A DNA stretch of 60,671 nt, the filler included, from Dugesia japonica (lineage: Eukaryota): NCBI GenBank assembly GCA_001938525.1. It is 4 parts of 4 records of this genome, joined end to end, with 100 filler letters (N's around TTAATTAATTAA, not from the genome) between each part and the next. Parts side by side here need not be neighbours in the genome. Positions count along the whole stretch, not along the records: positions 50,262 to 60,671 come from MQRL01602829.1; 3 more parts are not named here. One strand, 5' to 3'. A program made the translations under genes and the position numbers. Under the pieces are notes generated by a model that made no database searches, had not been told where the DNA came from, and saw only the letters and a list, made by a program, of their open reading frames with translations. Positions 53,201 through 60,671 of this stretch are shown here, in pieces (within the stretch, counting starts at the first letter, position 1; each line of letters begins with the position of its first letter).

Positions 53201-53993
53201 TTTGGATGAAATTCATTAAATTTGGCTCTGTTGCATAATTTTTCTTTTCGATTTTAACTGCTGCAACATAATTTCTAGATTAAGCTCCTTCTTGATAATG
53301 TCCATTTTTGAAATAATGTCTTTCATTTGTTTATTTGTTCTTGATCCTCGAATTTTTATTTCTTTTTTAACATNCATATCTTCAATAGCATTTTGCAAAA
53401 GAAAAATGACGAGATTTTCCTTTGTCAAGTTATGTCTGATTATATTCTCTGCAAGACGATTAATTTTGTTGATTAACTTTTCAATAATTTAATGCAGATA
53501 ATAAATCTTTACGGATATTGACTGGTTCTTCAAGAGCTTTTCAGCATCTTTGTGAATAATCTTTAATTGAATCATCCACGGATTCATAAATTTTAACAAT
53601 ATCTGAAGAAAGAAATGCTTTGATAAATGTTTGAATAAGATCTTGAGTCATTGTAAGCTCATAAAATCTTGCTATTTCAATTAAAAATTCTTCAACATCA
53701 TCTCCAATATCGAAGGTTTTCAGAGTAGGAACAAACGAATTGATCATATGCCATTGGGTGGTCGCCATGTTAGAAGTCTGTTTCATTGCCATAATATTTA
53801 TTAAAATGACAATCTAAAAAGAAGGAATAAATATATAAGTAATTCTGATTTGAGCAATCAACATACCTCAATCACCAAACAAAGATCGGCCATTTATGCA
53901 ACATACCAAATATTTGAACTCATTGTCAAATATTAATTATGCAATATACAGTTTTAATAATCATTTATAATAAATATAAAATATCCTCANACA
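50262..53993 (-). mobile_element. Ty3/Gypsy element 3 (same family as element 2; 5' LTR to RNase H)
   Basis: 5' LTR ~53768-53993, PBS TGGCGACCAC, gag MATTQWHMINSFVPT, knuckles, protease LLDTGA, RT MPFGIAAAP/YLDD, RNase H ILDTD. Confidence 0.9.
52307..52379 (-). mobile_element. 3' end of CCCCAACA element inside Gypsy 3
   Basis: Reverse complement GGGTTCCCCTGAGGACTG...CAGTC...AACTCAGGTGGAACCCCAACA. Confidence 0.7.
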
Positions 53994-54023
53994 TGTATAT
54001 AATAATTAATAATTCATTTTTAG

Positions 54024-57000
54024 TTTAACACTTGGAATAAAACTCATCGAATGGGTAAACCAAAACCGAAAAACGAGCTCAAAGATATAAACTTGGAGTT
54101 AAGTAAGCAAATACTCAAAGTAACCACAATTATTGTTAGTTTTACGTAATTAAAATATAATTAATCGTTGCATAATATTTAAGGATCCACCTTTTGTTAT
54201 TGGTTTAAGAAAGGATGCTAATGGAGTTACTCCAAAATCACCTGATGCTTGGGATGGATTTTGTATTCAAATATTAAAAAAGATAGCAACGGACCGGAAT
54301 TTTAGTTTTACAGTTGAAGAAGTAGAAGATAAAAAATATGGAGAAGTTGTTACCGAGGATGGAACTAAAAGGTGGAATGGTCTTGTTGGGGCCCTTATAC
54401 TTCATGTTTGAGCTTCTATAAATTTGTAAAATATTTATTAAATTTCTAGAAAGCAGATTTAGCGGTATCTTCTTTAACTATCACATACGACAGAGAAAGA
54501 GTTATTGATTTTACTACNNNNNNNNNNNNNNNNNNNNNNNNNNNNNNNNNNNNNNNNNNNNNNNNNAAAGAAGTTGAGCTATTTTCATTCCTTTCTCCTT
54601 TATCAGTACCTGTAAGTCTAAATAAATTTCTCCAATTCTTAAATTTAGATAAAAATTTAAATAAATTTAGATAATAATTTAGATAAATTTAGATAATAAT
54701 TTCTGAATTTTCATTTTAACACGTTAATCATATTCTTCAGATATTAGCGTGCAATGAAACATTTGATTCTTATAATTATAATTTTTATGTTATTACATAA
54801 TTTTTGATCAAATAATCCATTGAAAAAAATAAAAAAAATAATCAAATTGAAAAAAATAATTATAAATTATGAAAACATAAATAGAAAAATAAATGCAAAT
54901 GAATTAAATCGTGTAATTTCTCCAATTATAAGCATAAATGTTAATGAATCTATTCAATAAAGAATTTTTCGCTGATCATTATTAATACAGTTAAAACTTA
55001 GCAAACTTTATTCCAAACAATAAATTCTAAAAACAAGTATAATTTAAGTGTTTCATCATAGGTTTCGAACCGCATCACTGAATTTCAAAAATGTTTTGTC
55101 AAATTTCATCATCAATCAGTTTTTTCGATAGAGAATTTTTCGCTCATTGCGAATTACATGGTTACAAATTGTGAAAACTTATCCATGATTAAAACAATGG
55201 TAAAAAACAATAATTTTTTTAAAATTAATAGTCATCCGGGAATATTAATATTAGAATTAAATGTACACTAGTCAATAATAAAATAACAAAATAAAAAGAT
55301 AAAGTTATTTTTCTATAAAAATTTATTTAAATAAAAATTTGTTGACTGTCTAAATCGCTTCATTGACATCTTTATTGGAAATCTTAANTTAAAAAATTAA
55401 TAATTTCAAAATTAATTAATTAAAATCATAACTTCTATATTGTCTGGTTTGTAGCTGAGTCATTTATTACGAGATAAAATACTCTAATGTCCGTATGGTA
55501 ACCTTATGCTATTACTTGTCTAAACTCTATTATCGTTATTATTAGTTAGAAAAGCTTTTGGACCCTTCTAGTTCCCATTCTCGCCGAGATCGATTGGTTA
55601 TTATTATAACAAACCAGATACGTCTGATGTGTTAAGATTGTATCTTTCAATGTTACACCCTTCGCCTTCATGCTCTACTTTTCACTTAGCAAACTATAGC
55701 ACTCGATATTTTTACCCTTATTTTTATCTTTAAATTTAACGACTACTGAATTCAAGTTGCTACTGTATAGTAAATAATCTGTACTATAGTTAGATTGTTT
55801 TAATAGATTATCTCTTATCATGAGATCTAGTGGTTTCCCTAAGGGCTTTTATTTTTTTATCTTTTGGCTTTTATTCCTGGTTTCTACCTTGTTGAGGACA
55901 TAATATTCTACTTAAAATACTCTATTATTATCTACTAGTGGAGCGTTGTCTGTTAAGTATTGTCTACTCAAATCTTTTTAATATAGTTCATCACATCTTT
56001 TGTTTGTATTGACTTCTTCATCTACAGTTGCATGTATTCGATTACTTCTGTTTCCTGGCCCTCCTGTAGTCACAAAATTTTCAGTTGTTCTTTTCATTTT
56101 CAAATTAGTGTAGACCTTTTCTGCCCTATGTCTACCGTTTCCACATCGTTCACACCTCATCTCTTTACACAACCTTTTAATATGGCCCACCTATCCACAA
56201 CCAAAAAATTTTGTTGGTTTTTTATCCGGGCAAACAATCAATTTTTTATGACAAGTCCAATACTGTACTAATTTTTTATCGGAAAACTTTCTTTAGTATG
56301 ACAGATCTTATGTCATAACCAAAATTCACTATTTCGCTTTTTATTCCTTTGATCTACAATCATACTCACTGTATGATTTACAGGTTTCAAATAATTTCGA
56401 CTGGTAACTCTGGCGTAACTTATAACTGCATCAATTTAATTTCTTCTTTTTTCTACTCGATCTACTAAAGTCATTGTTTCTCCAATTTTTTCAATATTGT
56501 GTCATTTCCGCAAAGTCATATCTTCTTCAACGTTTTGTTATCTGAACAATATACTAGCATATTTGCTACTTTTTTTTCTTCAATAAAATCTTCATTCACT
56601 AAATCTTTTGCGTTCTTAAAATAAACTTGAATCTCTTCATTGAAATGCAATAACCCTAAACATTAATTTATTTTGAAAAACTCTAGCTAATCAAGAATAT
56701 TATATCTCACAATGAGCAAATTTGGCACTGTTGTATGTATATTTTTTTAATAAATGCCGAAATACCAGTTTTGAGCCAACCTAATGACGGTATCGTTACT
56801 GTCGGTATTGGATGCACTAGTTTTTTGTGATTACAATTACTAATTTTTAATCATACTGGAAAAATATTAAGAACCCAATTAAATTTTTTTTTAAATTATA
56901 TTATGAATTAATATTAGAAGTTACTGATTACATCATAAAGCGGAATAATGTATTTTGTAAATTTTAAATATTTTAAATAAAAAATCACTCACCATTGCGA

Positions 57001-60000
57001 AGCATAATTCTTCATTGGGGCATAATCATTATTTATTAGCATATGAAAACTTCCATCTCGCAGAGACATTTACTCAGGACAAATATTTAGAGTTTATTTT
57101 CGGTTAGTTTCATTTTTTTCTTTTTAGTTTGTGAAAAAATTATCCTCTAAAAATGAGTGTGATTAAAAATGCGAAATTTGCATTTGTTTATATAGTTTTT
57201 CTAAAATGTTTTTTAATATCTTATTTTTTAACAAATTTTAATTTTTGATTGGCTCGTTTTTTTTCTGAAATTTTTATATTTCATCATTGAATCATTCTTT
57301 ACCCAGTTTTTCTCACCCTAGTAAGCGTTCTCATCATATTGATCCATTCTTTAAAACCCTTAAAACTTCTCTCTAGCTGTACTCCGAGTTTCTAATTTTG
57401 ATTTTTCGATTCCACAGATATTTTCCATTCAGATATTTTAATTTACAATTTCCCTACCGCTCTATGATTTCTTTTTCATAAAATTATTCCATTTTTTATA
57501 ATAAATCATTTTCTGATTCATATAATTAAATTTTTTCTTAATTAACAAATTGCTAAATTTTCATTTCTTTTTAATTTGATCTGAGATGCTATTTTCAAAC
57601 TTCTTATATATCTTTCTATGATTAATATATTTTTATTAGTTTACGCTATTAAATATATTAATTTAATATATATCAGCATTTTCGTCTGGCGTTGTTTGAA
57701 TTAATTAATTATCTTATTGATGTTACTTATTTTTATGTAATGATACACCAATTTTACAGTTTGGTTTACTCCGTTAAATTAACTTAAATTAACTTAAATT
57801 AACTTATTAAATTAAATTAACTTTTAGCTTCCTAATTTCTGTAATACAGATTTTCGATTATTCGTCTTTAACTATTCATAGATTACCGAGACAAGTATTA
57901 ATACCTTAAGATTTTACAATTACTGATTTATGAAAATTTGTACAAAAACATATTGATTAATTTTGTTGGGTTACTAGGCTTTTGATGGTATTTTTATTAA
58001 TTCTTTTTCTACTGATTAACGTGCTTGCCCGGGGGATGATACCTAATAACCACAGAAATTTGTGTGATGCCTTCTCCTACATCATGATCTCCCATTCTCA
58101 AATTCAGCGAGACTATGCTGTATCTCGTCTTGCTAGGAAGTCTATAATTTATCAGCTCAGAGTATATTTAGTATTTCAATATTAAACAGTGGTGAATTTA
58201 ATTGAAGATACACATATATTTACAACATTTGTAATTATAGTGATCTGAAAATAATCTCTTCAGTGACAATGCCTTCCTCGACCACTTGGTTCTTGATTTC
58301 GTACTTCTTCCAGAGTGTTTTCACGTTTGCCAATACCGCCGCCTCGTGATTCGCATATGATTTGATAATATCAGACATCATACGATTACTTGGGTGTGAG
58401 CTCCTCTGATCACATTTGTTAGATGAGTTTAAAGAACTCGGATTATCNACATGAAAATTCAACTCCATAAAATTTATTTCAAATAAAACTATATCCAACA
58501 CTATTTGTTTATTTATACAAACTAAAATCCCGTGTTTTAATTGCTGATCATTTTTCAAATTATTTAAAATTTATTTTAAGTTATTGTAAAAAAGTTTAAT
58601 TAAATTTTCGGTTATTTCTAAATTCTAATTTTTAATTAATTGTCATCAAAATCTAAAACTAAATTTTCGTTTATTTCAAAATCTTCATTTTAATTAATTG
58701 TCATTTAAATTCAAAACTAAATTTTCGTTATTTAAAATTCCCATCTATAATTTAAATCTTTTTTAAAATAAAAAATTTTTTAAGAAAAATGATCACCAAT
58801 CACACAAAAACTTCAACCCGCTTTTCAAAACATACCCACAACACTTATTATCATTTTTATCACAATTATCACTGCATCATTACTGAACGGTTACAGTTAA
58901 ATCTTAATTAATAATAATAATTAATTTGTTATTTCGTCTGATGTCTGATAATAATTCTGAACGATGATGATTGTAACCAATAGATAGTTTTTCCAATTCT
59001 GTAATAAACACTGATAGGCTTTTAAAATTTCGTAAAAACAATTCGTTATATAAGTTATAATAAAAGTAGTGGTGAAGAGATATTTTGTTATCTCGTTCTT
59101 TCTATCAATATTCATCTAAATTCGGGAGGGTCTTATTGCTTACTGCGAGCACCCACTAAAACAAAAATCAGTGACACTATTAAAAATGTGTCTATCTCAT
59201 TACAAAATTATACCACCTGTTATTCATCTCTGTTAAATCACGTTCTTCTGGTGCCTCGTTTTTACATTTAAATTGTAATGTGGGTCCATCTACATAATGC
59301 TAACAACTATAATAAAAAAATGATTAATCAGCATGATGAAATTTAGATCTCTAAGTTCACCTAATAAATATTAAATATTATCATTATAAATAACAATATA
59401 AATTACTAATTATAATTTATAATATTACTATTTCCTATTTTATTATAATAACAATAATTTAATACTCTTAATATTGATAATAATAATAATTATTATAATA
59501 TTTCTACTTCCGATAATTATTTAATAGACATAATAATAATATTAATGATAATGCGTTCTCTTTTCTCATAGCTATACTATTTTCTTTGACAATAATAATT
59601 ATAATTTCCACTTTAAATACTTTTTTTTGGTTTATTAAAATAATAATAACAGCTGTACTTTTGTTTTAATCTACTGGTTAGAAATTTCTTAATTATAATA
59701 AATAATTTTAACATAATCGTTACCGATTTATCATAATAATATCAATAATTTATTCCACTACTGCTTAATAATACACAATCATAATAATACTCNNNNNNNN
59801 NNNNNNNNNNNNNNNNNNNNNNNNNNNNNNAATTATCATTTTACTTTTAATAAGAATATAATTTTATTTGATTTTCGATTACCATTTCTGATAATAATTT
59901 TATTTAACTATAATAAGAAAAATTTTACTTTCGGGTTTTATTTCACCTCATTCTATATTTTCAAACAATATTAATATATACTTTCATAACTTTTAAACCC

Positions 60001-60603
60001 GTTTTCTTACATTTATCATTTTAATATATTGCTAATTTTATAACATTCATTTATATTATAAATAAAATATATATTTTAATTCACGTTTATCCATCTTCAT
60101 TTTATAATTTCAATCTCTTACCAACTTATAATTCTATTTCCTTTATTTCTGCAGTAACATTTATTTGTTATTTTTCTATCTCATTTNTAGTTTATTCATT
60201 CTCCGTTTATTCTAATTTAATTTATTATTGATTGCAATTATCCACTTTCTCATTCCCAATCTGTTATTTTAATAAATTCGTTTTTGTTTTAATCGCAATA
60301 TCTTCCAATTATGACATGGTTTGTTTCGATTGCCAACTCGTTCTAATCCAACAATTTTTAAAATTTGAATTTTTTTAAATAAATTTTGGAAACACATTAA
60401 ATACTTTTTATTAATTATTTAGGTCTGGGGCTATGTAATAGCTTCATACATTTCTGTAAGTTTTGTATTATTTGTCATTGGTCGATTGACACCATACGAA
60501 TGGTACAACAGCAGTCCATGTCTGAAAAATCCTGAGTTTAGTTCAAATCGTTTCAATATCTTGAATAGTATGTGGTTCACCATAGGAACATTTATGCAAC
60601 AAG
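54024..60603 (+). CDS. Ionotropic glutamate receptor (kainate/AMPA-like), partial; exons 54024-54134, 54184-54405, 54450-54611 (with gap), 60423-60603
   Basis: LKVTTII|DPPFV...DGFCIQIL...YG...WNGLVG|KADLAVSSLTITYDRERVIDFT...FSFLSPLS|VWGYV...GRLTPYEW...NSMWFTIGTFMQQG; GT-AG introns of 49 bp, 44 bp and 5.8 kb. Confidence 0.95.
55440..56711 (-). mobile_element. Gypsy relic in the iGluR intron
   Basis: gag knuckles (GHIKRLC...CERCG..H), decayed pol traces, and TGTGAGATAT LTR-like start at 56711. Confidence 0.6.
57720..60353 (-). mobile_element. Probable copy of TGTTGG-terminated family in the iGluR intron, coding blocks at 57960-58460
   Basis: Minus strand starts TGTTGGATTAGAAC, then A-rich and (ATT)-rich tracts, then blocks homologous to 19090-19760; left boundary uncertain. 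Confidence 0.45.
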
Positions 60604-60671
60604 GTTGGGTTTTAATTAATGACAATAAAATTATTTTACTAATATTTTTTTCATAATGCATTTTAAAGTAT

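Overview
Very AT-rich, gappy eukaryotic (metazoan) genomic DNA dominated by decayed mobile elements. The 44-49 bp GT-AG introns and extreme AT content would fit a compact-genome invertebrate such as an orthonectid, but that is inference only. Three identical 100-nt spacers (44N-TTAATTAATTAA-44N at 9744, 21815, 50162) suggest four scaffolds joined artificially. Host genes: four exons of an ionotropic glutamate receptor (54024-60603, +), one PPP1R32/SAXO4-like exon (18301-18472, -) and a degenerate Piwi MID-PIWI fragment (~41926-42616). Mobile/viral content: two Ty3/Gypsy elements in tandem inside (AAT)n tracts plus three further Gypsy relics; a Penelope RT; Tc1/mariner and hAT relics; MITEs; a ~10 kb group-II/beta-type Polinton/Maverick relic (GGF/GLYLKPY protein, AGHN-motif protein, penton, adenain, membrane protein, pPolB, C2H2 zinc finger, but no recognisable MCP, ATPase or integrase); fragments of a second, group-I/alpha-type Maverick; a Maverick-like terminus at 39960; and an unclassified multicopy element family with TGTTGG...CCCCAACA ends, small conserved unknown proteins and a covarying structured 3' end. 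All homology calls come from manual translation and motif recall, not database searches.
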